A DNA stretch of 64,000 nt. Origin: Euzebyales bacterium (lineage in GTDB: Bacteria > Actinomycetota > Nitriliruptoria > Euzebyales > JAHELV01). The DNA is taken from the NCBI GenBank assembly GCA_035461305.1, contig DATHVN010000050.1, positions 801-64,800 of the forward strand, in the 5' to 3' direction. Position 1 is the first letter of the stretch; every line of letters begins with the position of its first letter. The position numbers were made by a program, and so were the translations under genes. The notes beneath the pieces were generated by a model. The model saw only the letters and a list, made by a program, of their open reading frames with translations. It had not been told where the DNA came from and searched no databases. Below are positions 27,884 through 38,897 of this stretch, piece by piece.

Positions 27884-28897
27884 TCACACGGTGATGACGA
27901 TCTTTCCCGGGGTGTCGCCGCGCGCGAGGCAGCGGATCGCCTCCGGCACCTCGTGCAGCGGGAACGTCCGGCCGACGACCGGCGAGATCGCGCCTGCCTC
28001 CAGCAGTGCCCGCAGTGCGGCGAGCGCTTCGTGCTTGGTCGACATCTTCATGTTCGGTGGGGGCAGCTCGGGCACGAACGGTGACCTCGCCATCAGCGGC
28101 AGCATCGCACGCAGTCCCCGGCCGATCCACCGTGCGCCCTCGTCGCCGAAGCGGTCGTGGCCGATCAGCACGTACCTGCCGCCCGGTGTGAGCACCCGCC
28201 GGCACTCGGCGAACGGGTGGTTGCCGGGAATGTCGACGATGAGGTCGTAGCGCTCGTCGCCTCGGGTGAAGTCGTCGGTGGTGTAGTCGATGACGTGGTC
28301 GGCGCCAGCCAACTGCACAAGGTCGAGCCTGTCGGCGCGGTCGACGCCGGTCACCTCGGCGCCGTACGCCTTCGCGAGCTGCACGGCGAGCAAGCCGACG
28401 CCGCCGCCGGCCCCGTTGACCAGCACCACGTCACCGGGGCGCACCCGTCCCACGTCGCGGACGTTCTGCAGCGCGATGATGCCCGAGGTCGGGACGGCGG
28501 CGGCCTGCTCGAACGTCACATTCGCCGGCTTCATCTCCAACTGGTCCGCCGGAACGGCGACGTACTCGGCGTAGGCACCGCCGTTGCGCCACTGGTGACC
28601 CCTGACGGTCTCGCCGAACACCTCGTCGCCGGGGCGGAGCCGTGTGACCTTGGCACCGACCGCGTCGACCTTTCCGGCCACATCCGTACCCGGCACCGGG
28701 TTCGTCGGGTGGCGCAGGCCGGCACCCATGAGACGCAGCACGTAGGGCACCCCCTGCACGACGTGCCAGACGTCGGGGTGGACCGACGCCGCGCGGACCC
28801 GCACCAGGACCTCGTCGTCGGCGATCGTCGGCATGGCGATCTCGCGGACCTCGAGCGCGTCGGGTGAGCCGTACTGCTGCTGGACCACTGCCTTCAT
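27884..28897 (-). CDS. Zinc-type/MDR NADPH:quinone oxidoreductase family protein
   Basis: MKAVVQQQYGSPDALEV.., GDVVLVNGAGGGVG. Confidence 0.85.
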   Translation of the reverse strand: MKAVVQQQYGSPDALEVREIAMPTIADDEVLVRVRAASVHPDVWHVVQGVPYVLRLMGAGLRHPTNPVPGTDVAGKVDAVGAKVTRLRPGDEVFGETVRGHQWRNGGAYAEYVAVPADQLEMKPANVTFEQAAAVPTSGIIALQNVRDVGRVRPGDVVLVNGAGGGVGLLAVQLAKAYGAEVTGVDRADRLDLVQLAGADHVIDYTTDDFTRGDERYDLIVDIPGNHPFAECRRVLTPGGRYVLIGHDRFGDEGARWIGRGLRAMLPLMARSPFVPELPPPNMKMSTKHEALAALRALLEAGAISPVVGRTFPLHEVPEAIRCLARGDTPGKIVITV

Positions 28898-28934
28898 CGT
28901 GCGCTCCGCGCTGTCGCCGCTGTCATGTGCCTGG

Positions 28935-29062
28935 TCACCGACGCCTCAGCTGGTGATGCGGTCTCGTCCCGTAGCCGTCGTGCCCGATCGCCTTCATCGT
29001 CTGCGCTCCTGCTCGCTCTCCACAGAATGCTCGGGCGGCGTCGTCCCGGCCACTGCCTTCAC
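28935..29062 (-). other. Two degenerate extra copies of the MDR gene's start region (RBS plus the first codons MKA..)
   Basis: Starts at 28997 (MKAIGHDGYGTRPHHQLRRR*) and 29062 (VKAVAGTTPPEH..*). GCCTTCATCGT recurs at 28891 and 28991, and CCACTGCCTTCA recurs at 28886 and 29050. Confidence 0.45.
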
Positions 29063-29291
29063 TGTCCACGCCGGTGCGCGTGACCGCAATCGGGGAACGC
29101 CCCAGCACCTCTCAACACCCTGAGGCCGCGCCATCCTTCGAGTCCTCGCGCCGATGTGCCCCTTTCGCGGTGCACTGCGGTCTGTTACACCTTGACGCCG
29201 GAGCGTCGCGTACGCCCGGCGGACCGCGACCGACGGCCTGGTGCGTGTCCGGGGGCGCTGCGGCTAGGCACATGACGGCAAGGGGGCTACC

Positions 29292-30431
29292 GTGATGATC
29301 CGACTACGTTCCTACGCACTCGGGCTGTGCGCAGCGGCCGTGCTGCTGGTCGCCGCACCGGCTGTCGCGCAACCGCAGAGCGTTCCCAACGGGCCGTGGC
29401 CTACCGACGAGCAGACGGAGTCGTTGGCGGGCCTACGCAGCTATGAACAGCTGTGGTCGACCCTCGAGCAGGCCGAATCCTCGGCAAAGGGGGCGCTCGA
29501 GCTGACCGCGGCGCCGCGTGAGAGCAACACAGGCCGCGAGATTCCAGTCGTGACCATCGGCGACGGGCCTGCCGGCATCATGATCATCGCACAGCAGCAC
29601 GGCGACGAATACGTCGTGAGCGAGGCGATGATCGACCTGGTCCGCACGCTGTCGAACGGTTCGGCCCAGTCGCGCGCCATCCGCGACGCGGTCACGCTGA
29701 CCGTGGTCCCACGGGTCAACGTCGACGGGTTCGACGCACCGGTCACCGACGCGTTCGGCAACACCACGCCGTGGCGGCAGAACTACGACCCGTTCTGCGT
29801 GACCGGCCCGTGCCCGCCCTTCTATCAGCGTGGACGCGGCTATGACATCAACCGCTACCACTCCTACCTGCCCGAGGCGGACGTCGACCCTTACACGGGT
29901 GGGCCGAACCCGGTCCCCGAGTCGCTGGCGATGCGGCTGCTGTTCGACGAACGCGACCCGCTGGTGGTCATTGATTTCCATCACCAGGGCTCGTACGTCG
30001 ACGAGGACGGCGATCTGATCACCGGGTCGACGATGTGGCCCAATGCGACCGCTGCTGCTGAGGAGCTCGGCGTCGAGGAGCAGTTCGCGGAGGCCGTGGA
30101 GCTGTCGAAGCGCGTCGTGTCGGTCATGGTGACCGAGCTCGACCAGTACGGCTTCGCCAACATCACGCGATACCCGGGGACGACCACACCGGGCATCGCA
30201 CGCAACGCCTACGGGCTGCTGGGCGCCGGATCGGTCCTGTTCGAGATGCGGGGCGGCATCGGCCAGAAGTCGAACGGCTACATCACCCGTACCGCGTACA
30301 ACGCTGCCATCTCGGTCGTGGCGGCGCTGGCGGACGGCTCCTTGTTCACCGCGGACACGGCCGTCGCCGACGCGCTGCCTGACCGCGGTCCTGGCATCGG
30401 TGCGCCGAACGACGAGGAGCACTCGGGCTGA
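29292..30431 (+). CDS. Secreted M14-family zinc carboxypeptidase
   Basis: Signal peptide MMIRLRSYALGLCAAAVLLVAAPAVAQP, plus QQHGDEY (HxxE), NVDGF and DINRYH. Confidence 0.8.
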   Translation: MMIRLRSYALGLCAAAVLLVAAPAVAQPQSVPNGPWPTDEQTESLAGLRSYEQLWSTLEQAESSAKGALELTAAPRESNTGREIPVVTIGDGPAGIMIIAQQHGDEYVVSEAMIDLVRTLSNGSAQSRAIRDAVTLTVVPRVNVDGFDAPVTDAFGNTTPWRQNYDPFCVTGPCPPFYQRGRGYDINRYHSYLPEADVDPYTGGPNPVPESLAMRLLFDERDPLVVIDFHHQGSYVDEDGDLITGSTMWPNATAAAEELGVEEQFAEAVELSKRVVSVMVTELDQYGFANITRYPGTTTPGIARNAYGLLGAGSVLFEMRGGIGQKSNGYITRTAYNAAISVVAALADGSLFTADTAVADALPDRGPGIGAPNDEEHSG

Positions 30432-30589
30432 GCATGGTCCGCCCGTGTCCCCGAAGCCACGAGCCTCCGGGAACACGGGCAGCCGTGCGCCAGGGCCATC
30501 GGGCCCGGAGGCTACCGCGGTGCTCGAATGCGGACGGCGTGCTGTTCGGTGCGACGGTCCTGGGCGCGGTCGAAGGTTGTCGGCGTGGA

Positions 30590-31531
30590 TCAGCCGCCCT
30601 CGGGCGGGGTGAGCCCGTCGGACACATCGACGTCCTCGGACACCAGGTCCATGCCGGACAGCTCGGCCTGCAGCTCGAGCAGCGCGGCGAAGTCGACGTC
30701 GCCGCGCCCCGAGCCAATCAGCTGGACGACCATCTGGTGCACCAGCGCCGACACGGGCAGCGGCACGTCGAACTGGCGTCCCGCCTCGAGCCCGAGCTCG
30801 AAGTCCTTGCGCAGCAGGTCGCCGGTGAAGGTCGGGGTGAAGTCCAGGTTCACCAACGCCGGGGTCTTGTAGCGGCTGAACGTCGACCCCATGACGCTGT
30901 TGTTGAGGAACTCGAGGAAGTCGTGGCGGGGCACGCCGGCGCGCTCGGCCAGCACGGTGATCTCGGCCAGTGACTGCGTGACGATCCCCAGCAGCAGGTT
31001 GTGGCAGATCTTGACCAGGCGGGCGCGCTCGCCCTGCCCGACGTAGGTGACCTTCTGCCCGAACAGGTCCAGCAGCGCGGAGGACCGCTCGTAGGCCTCC
31101 CGCGGGCCCGACACCACGACGGTCAGCCGGCCGGACGAGACGACCTTCGGGTTCCCGCTCACCGGAGCCGCGAGCACCGAGGTGCCGACCTGCGCCGCTT
31201 TGCGGCGGACGCGCTCGGAGGCTTCGACGGAGACCGTCGACGAGTCGATCAGCACGGCAGGGCCGGAGCCGCCGGTGAGCAGCCCGTCGGCGCCCAGGGT
31301 GACCGCGTCGAACACATCCGACGACGACACCATGGTGACGACGAGGTCGCGGTCGGCCAGGTCGACGGCACGGTCGACCACCTTGACCCCCGCCGTGGCC
31401 AGCTCGTCGAGCTTGGACCGGGTCCGGTTCCACGCCGCGACGTCGCACCCCGCGTCGAGCAGCCGCCGGATCAACGCGACGCCCATCCTTCCGGCGCCGA
31501 TCCACCCGATCGTTGTGTCTTCCAGCGACAT
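30590..31531 (-). CDS. NAD(P)-dependent 3-hydroxyisobutyrate / tartronate-semialdehyde-reductase-family dehydrogenase
   Basis: IGWIGAGRMG, LAAPVSGN, KICHNLLLG. Confidence 0.85.
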   Translation of the reverse strand: MSLEDTTIGWIGAGRMGVALIRRLLDAGCDVAAWNRTRSKLDELATAGVKVVDRAVDLADRDLVVTMVSSSDVFDAVTLGADGLLTGGSGPAVLIDSSTVSVEASERVRRKAAQVGTSVLAAPVSGNPKVVSSGRLTVVVSGPREAYERSSALLDLFGQKVTYVGQGERARLVKICHNLLLGIVTQSLAEITVLAERAGVPRHDFLEFLNNSVMGSTFSRYKTPALVNLDFTPTFTGDLLRKDFELGLEAGRQFDVPLPVSALVHQMVVQLIGSGRGDVDFAALLELQAELSGMDLVSEDVDVSDGLTPPEGG

Positions 31532-31585
31532 CGCGGCGGTCTCCTCAGGTCGATCTTCGGGCGGTCGCGCCCCGATGGTGTAGGG

Positions 31586-31599
31586 TGCAAACGATTGTA
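31586..31599. promoter_or_regulatory. LacI-type operator C
   Basis: TGCAAACGATTGTA, between divergent starts 31531 and 31634. Confidence 0.6.
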
Positions 31600-31633
31600 T
31601 CAGTGAGGATCAGCGAGGCCAAGGGACGAGGCG

Positions 31634-32617
<984 letters not shown>

Positions 32618-32640
32618 TCGACCCTACGCCAGGAGCCCAC

Positions 32641-33870
32641 GTGGACGGCCGGGCCTCCGCCGACGTCGAGCTGATCGCCTACCACGACCTCGAGGCCAGG
32701 CCGTCGTTCAAGCTCGCGCTGCAGGTGGTCGACGAGCGCTGGGTCCTGTATGCGACGCGGTTCTGGGAGCCGGGCATCTGGATCCTCGACGTCACCGAGC
32801 CGCGGCGACCGGAGATCATCGGTGTGATCGTCGCGACCGACGGCCCACTGGTCGCCACCTGGCAGGTCCAGGTGGCCCATGGCCTGCTGGTCGGCTCGCT
32901 TGAGCACCGCCCGCCGGCGTGGGGTGGCGACCCGCAGCACGCCACCGACGAGGGGATCGTGCTCTACGACGTGCGCGAACCACGGGCTCCGGTCGAGCTC
33001 GGTTGCCATCGGTACGGCGCGAGCGGAACGCACCGCAACTTCTACGACGGCGGCCGGTACGTCCACGCGACGGCCGCGGTGCCCGGCCACGACGGCAACA
33101 TCTACTCGGTCCTCGACGTCGGCGACCCGGCCGCGCCGCGCGAGGTCGGCCGGTGGTTCCTCGCGAGCAGTACGTCGCGGGCGGCGCGCGTCCGGACCGC
33201 CGCCTGTCGCTCCACGGACCGCCGTATGCGCTGGGGGACCGTTGCTACCTCCCGTACGGCGCCGCCGGGGTCGTGATCCTCGACATCGCCGATCCGACGA
33301 CGCCGCGCCTGATCTCCCGCCTCGACATCGGTGCGGCGTTCTCGAGCGTCATCGCGATGCACACGGTGATCCCGCTGCCGCGGCGCCTCGCGGTCGTCAA
33401 CACCGAGGCGATCGCCGAGCTGTCCGCCGAGCCGTACAACTTCGCCGGCATCGTGGACCTGTCCGACGAGTCCAGACCCCGGCTGATCTCGCTACTGCCC
33501 CCACCCGTGCCGCACGACGGCGCCCCCTACCCGAACTTCCAGACACGCGGCGGCCGCTTCGGTCCCCACAACCAGCACCATCACCAGGGCAACCCGCACC
33601 TGTTCCAGTCCGACACGGTCGTCCATCTGACCTGGTTCAACGCCGGCCTGCGGGTCTACGACGTCCGCGACCCGTGGGTGCCGCGCGAGATCGCCCACAT
33701 CCTGCCCGACGACGCGACGCAGCGGCGCGGGCTGCTGCCGGCGGACCGCGCTGGTGACGCAGTCCGAGGACGTGTTGGTCGACGCGTGCGGCTACGCGTA
33801 CGTGACCGACAAGAACCACGGGCTGCACATCGTGCGCTGCACCGCCGACCTTGCGGCGCCGACGTCCTGA
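32641..33870 (+). pseudogene. LVIVD-repeat-like beta-propeller protein, paralog of 46548-47720, with two frameshifts
   Basis: It runs through three frames: ORF 32167..33276 (..GIWILDVTEPRRPEII..REVGRWFL), ORF 32919..33905 (EQYVAGG..AGVVILDIADPTTPRLISRL..FNAGLRVYDVRDPWVPREIAH) and a manually read tail, LVTQSEDVLVDACGYAYVTDKNHGLHIVRC..*. The breaks lie near 33151-33170 and 33738-33759. Confidence 0.65.
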
Positions 33871-33885
33871 CACCTGGGGCTCGCG

Positions 33886-35469
33886 TCAGCGACCGGCGGC
33901 GATGACCTCCCCGATCGACGTACCGAGGTCACGCAGCATGACCTGGGCCGCGTTGCGGCCTGGTGCACCGGTGATCGACCCGCCTGGGTGGGTGGTGCCG
34001 CCGGTCTGGTAGAGCCCGGGGATCGGCATCCGGTGCTGGGCCCAGCCCGGCGCTGGCCGCAGCGCATCCGCAAACGGCGTGGCCCGGTCGCCGCCGTGGA
34101 ACGTGCCGTCGATCATGTGGGCGTTGGCGGCGGCGATGTCGTCGGGGCTACGGGCGAGCTCGGCGGTGATCACGTCGGCGGTCATGTTGGGCGCGATGGC
34201 CCGCAGCCGGTCCAGCAGGCCCGCCGTGAACCGGGGCTTGGCCTCGTCCCAGGTCTCGCCCTTCGGTGGCAGGTGTGACTGTGGGTGCAGGATCTTGACG
34301 GTGTGGTGCCCCGCAGGCGCCCGCCGGTCGTCGACCAGGCTGGGCGTCGCGACGAGCGCCCAGGGGAAGTCGGGGTCGGCGTGACCACGGCGGATCCTGG
34401 TGGTCGCGTCGATGACGTCCTCGGGCCAGCCCGCCCAGCCCGCTGACACCGCCGACCCGGTCCCGTCGGTGGTCGTGAACGCGGGGGCCGCGGTCGTGCC
34501 GAGGTACACGACGTAGGCGGGCAGGCCGACGTCGAGGGTCTCGACACCGTACACGAAGTCCTCGCCCCACAGCTCGCGGGGCGCCATGTCGAGCAGGTGC
34601 CTGACGTGGATCGTCGACAGGACGGCCTCGCGGGCGCGGAACTCCTCGCCGTCGCCGGTTCGCACACCGACGCAGCGTCCGGCGTCGACGATCAGCTCGG
34701 TGACCCGCCGCCCGGTCAGCGCGGTGCCACCCGCCGCCTCGATCACCCGCACCAGCGCGTCGGTGAGCTGGCCCGAACCACCACGCGGGATCGACCAGCT
34801 GCGGGCCTGGCGACCGGCCATGATCGAGTAGGCGAGCACGCCCGAGCCCGGTGCGTCGAGCGCCACCAGCGTCTGGGACGCCTGCCAGCACACGAAGGCC
34901 TGCACGTGCGGGTCGGTGAACTCGTGGCTGATGACCTGCCACGCGCTCAGGGCCTTGCGGCGCAGCCACACTCGGCCGGACGGCGTGGCGCGCAGCGTGT
35001 CGTCGACCGACGGGCCCGTGCCGACCGGGGTGAACAGGTTCGACCTGAACACCCCGCGGACCTCGGCCCACTCCCGCTGCATGCGGCGGTAGGCCTCGGC
35101 GTCGGCGGGGCAGAAGCGCGCGAACCCGGCGACGGTCCGCTCGACGTCGAGCCACATCGTGAACGACTCGCCGTCGGGGAACACGACGTGGGCGACGGGA
35201 TCCGGGTCGACGTAGGTCAGGCCCTGCTCGGACCGCAGCCCCAGCTCGTCGTCGGCCAGCAGCGGGTTGCCCTGGATCAGCGTGTGGCCCGTCGAGCACG
35301 AGTCGATCAGGTAGCCGGGTCCGAGCAGCTCTTCGGTCACGGCGCCACCGCCGAGGACGTCCTGCTCCTCGAGGATCAGCACTTCGCGGCCGGACCGCGC
35401 GAGGTACGCGGCGGCGATCAGGCTGTTGTGCCCGGCGCCGGCGACGACGACATCCGCGGTCGTGCTCAC
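33886..35469 (-). CDS. NAD(P)/FAD-dependent oxidoreductase (phytoene-desaturase/amine-oxidase-like)
   Basis: DVVVAGAGHNSLIAAAYLARSGREVLILE..GGG, 527 aa. Confidence 0.8.
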   Translation of the reverse strand: MSTTADVVVAGAGHNSLIAAAYLARSGREVLILEEQDVLGGGAVTEELLGPGYLIDSCSTGHTLIQGNPLLADDELGLRSEQGLTYVDPDPVAHVVFPDGESFTMWLDVERTVAGFARFCPADAEAYRRMQREWAEVRGVFRSNLFTPVGTGPSVDDTLRATPSGRVWLRRKALSAWQVISHEFTDPHVQAFVCWQASQTLVALDAPGSGVLAYSIMAGRQARSWSIPRGGSGQLTDALVRVIEAAGGTALTGRRVTELIVDAGRCVGVRTGDGEEFRAREAVLSTIHVRHLLDMAPRELWGEDFVYGVETLDVGLPAYVVYLGTTAAPAFTTTDGTGSAVSAGWAGWPEDVIDATTRIRRGHADPDFPWALVATPSLVDDRRAPAGHHTVKILHPQSHLPPKGETWDEAKPRFTAGLLDRLRAIAPNMTADVITAELARSPDDIAAANAHMIDGTFHGGDRATPFADALRPAPGWAQHRMPIPGLYQTGGTTHPGGSITGAPGRNAAQVMLRDLGTSIGEVIAAGR

Positions 35470-36248
35470 GTCACCCCCCTGGTGTCGGATGTGTCATGTG
35501 GCGTCGGCCTCCCGGCTCGGCGACGTGGCGCGTCGCGCGGCTCCGGTGGCCTCGTCGCCATCACCCTCGGTGGCCTGCAGCCCGCCGCCAAGGTAGAGCG
35601 ACCCCAGCCGGCCGCGAACACGCCGTTGGCGGCGTCACCCAGCGCCTCGCCGAACGTCGGCAGGCTGGGCCCGGTCGTGAAGAACGCGGCGTCGGGCTGG
35701 TAGCCGATCTCCTGCGTCGCACGCACCGGGCCGACCGAGTCCTCGAAGATCGTGCCGCCCACGACCATGTCGGCGTCGGAGTCGGCGATCGCGTTGGCCA
35801 GCGGCGCGAAGTCGACCTGCGGGCTCGACGAACAACATCTCGTAGCGCTCGGCGACCTCGGACGTGGGAATCACGAGCTTGGACGAGAACGGGCCGAAGA
35901 CCAGGTCGACGTTCTCGGTGGTGATCAGCCGTTCGTAGTCGCTGACCGCGGTGTTGACGTCCGAGGCGTCGTCGCGGACGATCAGCTGGACGGGCCGGCC
36001 GGGCAGTCCGCCACTGCTGTTGACGTCCTGGGCCAGATCCGTATCCGGTCTGTGCGGCCGAGCCCGGCTCGGCGAACTCACCGGTCAGCGGTAGCGAGAT
36101 CCCGATGACGATGGGGTCGCCCGACGCTCGCCGCCGCCATCGGCACTCTCGCTCCCACCGCTCTCACTCTCGCGAGGTCTCCGAGCCGACTCCGCCGCTC
36201 CGCCGCACGCGGCGAGCAGAGCAGCAGTGCGACCAGCAGGGCGCTCAT
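35466..36248 (-). pseudogene. Eroded Leu/Ile/Val-type ABC substrate-binding lipoprotein
   Basis: Signal and lipobox MSALLVALLLC..LAAC, PIVIGISLPLTGEF, DLAQDVNSSGGLPGRPVQLIVRDDASD..VDLVFGPFSS, and DFAPLANAIADSDADMVVGG.. lie in at least four different frames. There is also an internal deletion and no proper C-terminus. Confidence 0.7.
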
Positions 36249-36319
36249 CCGTGTCGATCGTGCCACCACGTGCGGACTCCTCTCGTGTACCCCCGTGCGA
36301 CGCCTGCCTGGTCCAGCGT

Positions 36320-36333
36320 TGCAATCGTTTGTA
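36320..36333. promoter_or_regulatory. LacI-type operator D
   Basis: TGCAATCGTTTGTA. Confidence 0.55.
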
Positions 36334-36410
36334 TCCGATCGTTGTCAGACCTGTCAAGGGATCCGGGGGACAGGGTCCCTCTGGGCACGGGTAGGCTGGG
36401 AGCACTCCTA

Positions 36411-36424
36411 CGCAAACGATTGCC
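36411..36424. promoter_or_regulatory. LacI-type operator E
   Basis: CGCAAACGATTGCC, centred 91 bp from operator D and ending 10 nt upstream of ATG 36435. Confidence 0.5.
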
Positions 36425-36434
36425 AGGAGCACGG

Positions 36435-36680
36435 ATGCCCCGGACCAGTTATGTCGATCCCGCCACCGTGACCGACCCCGGGCTGCGCGCGCACCTCGAG
36501 CGCGGCGCGACGCGGGGGACCCGACGCCCCGAGAGCCTCGCCGTGCGTGTGCACGTCCCCGAGATCCTGCGCACGTTCTGCGAGACGTGGGACGCGTCGT
36601 TCTACGGCGGGGTCGTGGACCACGAGACCAAGGAGCTGTGCCGCGTGACGCTGGGCGGCCCGTCCCGTGAGCGGGGCTAG
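36435..36680 (+). pseudogene. Carboxymuconolactone-decarboxylase (AhpD-like) family gene, truncated after about 81 codons
   Basis: MPRTSYVDPATVTDPGLRAHLERGATRGTRRPESLAVRVHVPEILRTFCETWDASFYGGVVDHETKELCRV.. then stops. The stop overlaps the stop of the convergent 36677 gene (CTAG). Confidence 0.55.
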
Positions 36681-37741
36681 GTGAGCAGCGGCGCCACCTC
36701 CACCGAGGCGCCGTCGCGACGTGACGACTCGAGCGCCGCGTGGACGATCGCCAGCGCGCGGATCGCCTCGTCGGCGCCGACCTCCACGGTGGCCTCGTCC
36801 CTGATGGCCAGCGCGAACTCGTCGAGCTGCTCGCGGAACATGTCGGTGCGGGGCAGCGGCACCTCCGTACGCACCGACTGGCGGTAGGCCTGGGACTGCA
36901 GCGTCGACCAGTCGTCGGCCTGGTCGGACGCGTCCCAGTGCGTGAAGTCGAGGTCGTACAGCAGGTTCTGCTTCGTGCCCTGCAGGCGGATCTGGTAGAT
37001 GCCGGGCGACGCCCAGCCGCAGCCGAGGTAGCCGAGCGCGCCGGAGGCGAACTCGAGGATGCACATCACCGCGTCGGGCACCTCCGACGCCGTGTGCAGC
37101 CGGCGGGCGTGGGCGGATACCGACGAGACCGAGCCCAGCAGGTACTGCAGGTTGTCGGCGTGGTGCACCCCGAGTTGGATCAGCGTGCCGCCGGGCGACC
37201 TGTCGGCGTACCAGCGCCAGGTCTCGGGCGTCAGCTCGAGACCGCGCTCGTTCGAGAAGTTGGCCTCCGCGAGCGAGACGGCGCCCAGCGTCCCGTCGTC
37301 GATCCAGCGCCGCATCACACGACTGCCGGCCAGGCGGCGCGCTGAGTGGCCGACCGAGAACACCAGACCCGAGCGCTCGACGGCGGTGCGGACGGCCAGG
37401 GCGTCGTCGAGCGTGTGGGCGATCGGCTTGTCGACGTAGACCGCCTTGCCGGCGTCGAGCGCCTCGACGATCAGTGGCCGGTGGGTGTCATTGGGTGTGG
37501 TGATGATCACACCCTCGATCTCGTCGTCGGCCAGCAGCTCGTCGTAGGACGACGCCGCACGCGGCACGCCGAACTCGGCGCAGAACGCCACACGGTTGTC
37601 CGCCGAGCGCGAGAAGCACGACGCCAGCTCGATCACCCCGCCGCGCTGCGCGCCGCGGGCCAGCACCTTCGCCCAGCGGCCGAGGCCCACCGGGGCGAGG
37701 CGCACCGGGTCGAACGGCGGACGGTGGGTGGGGTCGCTCAT
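36677..37741 (-). CDS. Gfo/Idh/MocA-family oxidoreductase
   Basis: VGLGRWA.., VYVDKPIA, 354 aa. Confidence 0.85.
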   Translation of the reverse strand: MSDPTHRPPFDPVRLAPVGLGRWAKVLARGAQRGGVIELASCFSRSADNRVAFCAEFGVPRAASSYDELLADDEIEGVIITTPNDTHRPLIVEALDAGKAVYVDKPIAHTLDDALAVRTAVERSGLVFSVGHSARRLAGSRVMRRWIDDGTLGAVSLAEANFSNERGLELTPETWRWYADRSPGGTLIQLGVHHADNLQYLLGSVSSVSAHARRLHTASEVPDAVMCILEFASGALGYLGCGWASPGIYQIRLQGTKQNLLYDLDFTHWDASDQADDWSTLQSQAYRQSVRTEVPLPRTDMFREQLDEFALAIRDEATVEVGADEAIRALAIVHAALESSRRDGASVEVAPLLT

Positions 37742-38130
37742 GCGGTCGGCTCCGGTCCGTTGGCGTCAGGATCGACGACGTACGTCGTCTCGCTCAGGTT
37801 GGCGGCGAGGTCGGGGTGCGGAAAGAAGCAGACGAGCTCCATGTCGGATCCGGGATCGGGCACGGTGGCGTGCGCCACGCCTGCCGGCACGTGCACGACG
37901 TCGCCGGGCGTCACGGGGCTGCGCCTCTCCTCGATCCACACGTGCCCCGTGCCCGCCACGACGTACACGACCTCCTCCGAGTGCGGATGCACATGGGCCT
38001 GGCGACCCGTGGTCCGGCGCAGCCGCACCACGCGCAGGCTCGAGGCGGTCGGCAGGCCGGCCAGCGGGTCGGCAGACCGGCGTCCCTCGAGCTGTGCGAC
38101 CTCCCACGTGGCGTGGGGCACCACCGTCAT
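37738..38130 (-). CDS. Cupin-domain protein
   Basis: HVHPHSEEVVYVVAGTG...GDVVHVPAGVAH. It has 4-nt overlaps with both neighbours. Confidence 0.75.
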   Translation of the reverse strand: MTVVPHATWEVAQLEGRRSADPLAGLPTASSLRVVRLRRTTGRQAHVHPHSEEVVYVVAGTGHVWIEERRSPVTPGDVVHVPAGVAHATVPDPGSDMELVCFFPHPDLAANLSETTYVVDPDANGPEPTA

Positions 38131-38897
38131 GACGTCCCCTCGCGCAGCACGAAGATCCGCGTCACCTGCGCCGCGATCTCGGCGGCCACGCGCTCGGCGA
38201 ACGCCGCAGCGCGCTCGCCGGTCGCCCAGCCCGGGCGCCCGTACCAGCCGTCGCGGTCGATCTCGGTGACGTCGGTGATGTAGCCGTGCACCTCGCGGTC
38301 GCGCCGCATGGTGTCCATCGCCGCGGCGTGATCCGTCCGCGCGGGGGTGTCGGCCAGGTCACCGCGCACCAGCGCCGGGTCGTGTGCCAGCACGGCCATC
38401 GTCTCGATGCCGCCGCCGTGCGTCAGCTCGCCGCCCTCTGCGGCGTAGATCCGCTCAGCGGTGTAGCAGGCGTGCGCGGTGACCACGACGACGCCGGGGT
38501 GGTCGTCCTGCAGCTCGGTGGCGACCGCGTCGAGCGACGCGTTGTTGCCCTCGTGCCAGTTGCACAGCACCAGCCGGTCCATCGCGCTGTCCTCGACGAG
38601 TGCCTCCGCGACGTCGTGGAGGAGCGCCTCGAAGGTGGTGCGGCGCAGGCTGACGGTACCCGGGTGGCCGGCGTGGATCGGCGTGACGCCGTACGGCCCG
38701 ACAGGCACGAGCAGCGCGTCGAGGCGCTCGGCGAGCGCCTCGGCGACCAGTTCCGCCGCGAACGTGTCGGTGCCGCACGGCAGGTGGGGGCCATGTTGCT
38801 CGACACTGCCGAGGGGCAGCACGGCTGTGGCGGTCCGGCGTGCCAGCTCGGCGATCTGCGTGGTGCTCAGCCGCATGATCGATCGCTCGTTCATCAT
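38127..38897 (-). CDS. Creatininase-family amidohydrolase
   Basis: LPLGSVEQHGPHLPCGTD, CNWHEGN. Confidence 0.85.
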   Translation of the reverse strand: MMNERSIMRLSTTQIAELARRTATAVLPLGSVEQHGPHLPCGTDTFAAELVAEALAERLDALLVPVGPYGVTPIHAGHPGTVSLRRTTFEALLHDVAEALVEDSAMDRLVLCNWHEGNNASLDAVATELQDDHPGVVVVTAHACYTAERIYAAEGGELTHGGGIETMAVLAHDPALVRGDLADTPARTDHAAAMDTMRRDREVHGYITDVTEIDRDGWYGRPGWATGERAAAFAERVAAEIAAQVTRIFVLREGTS

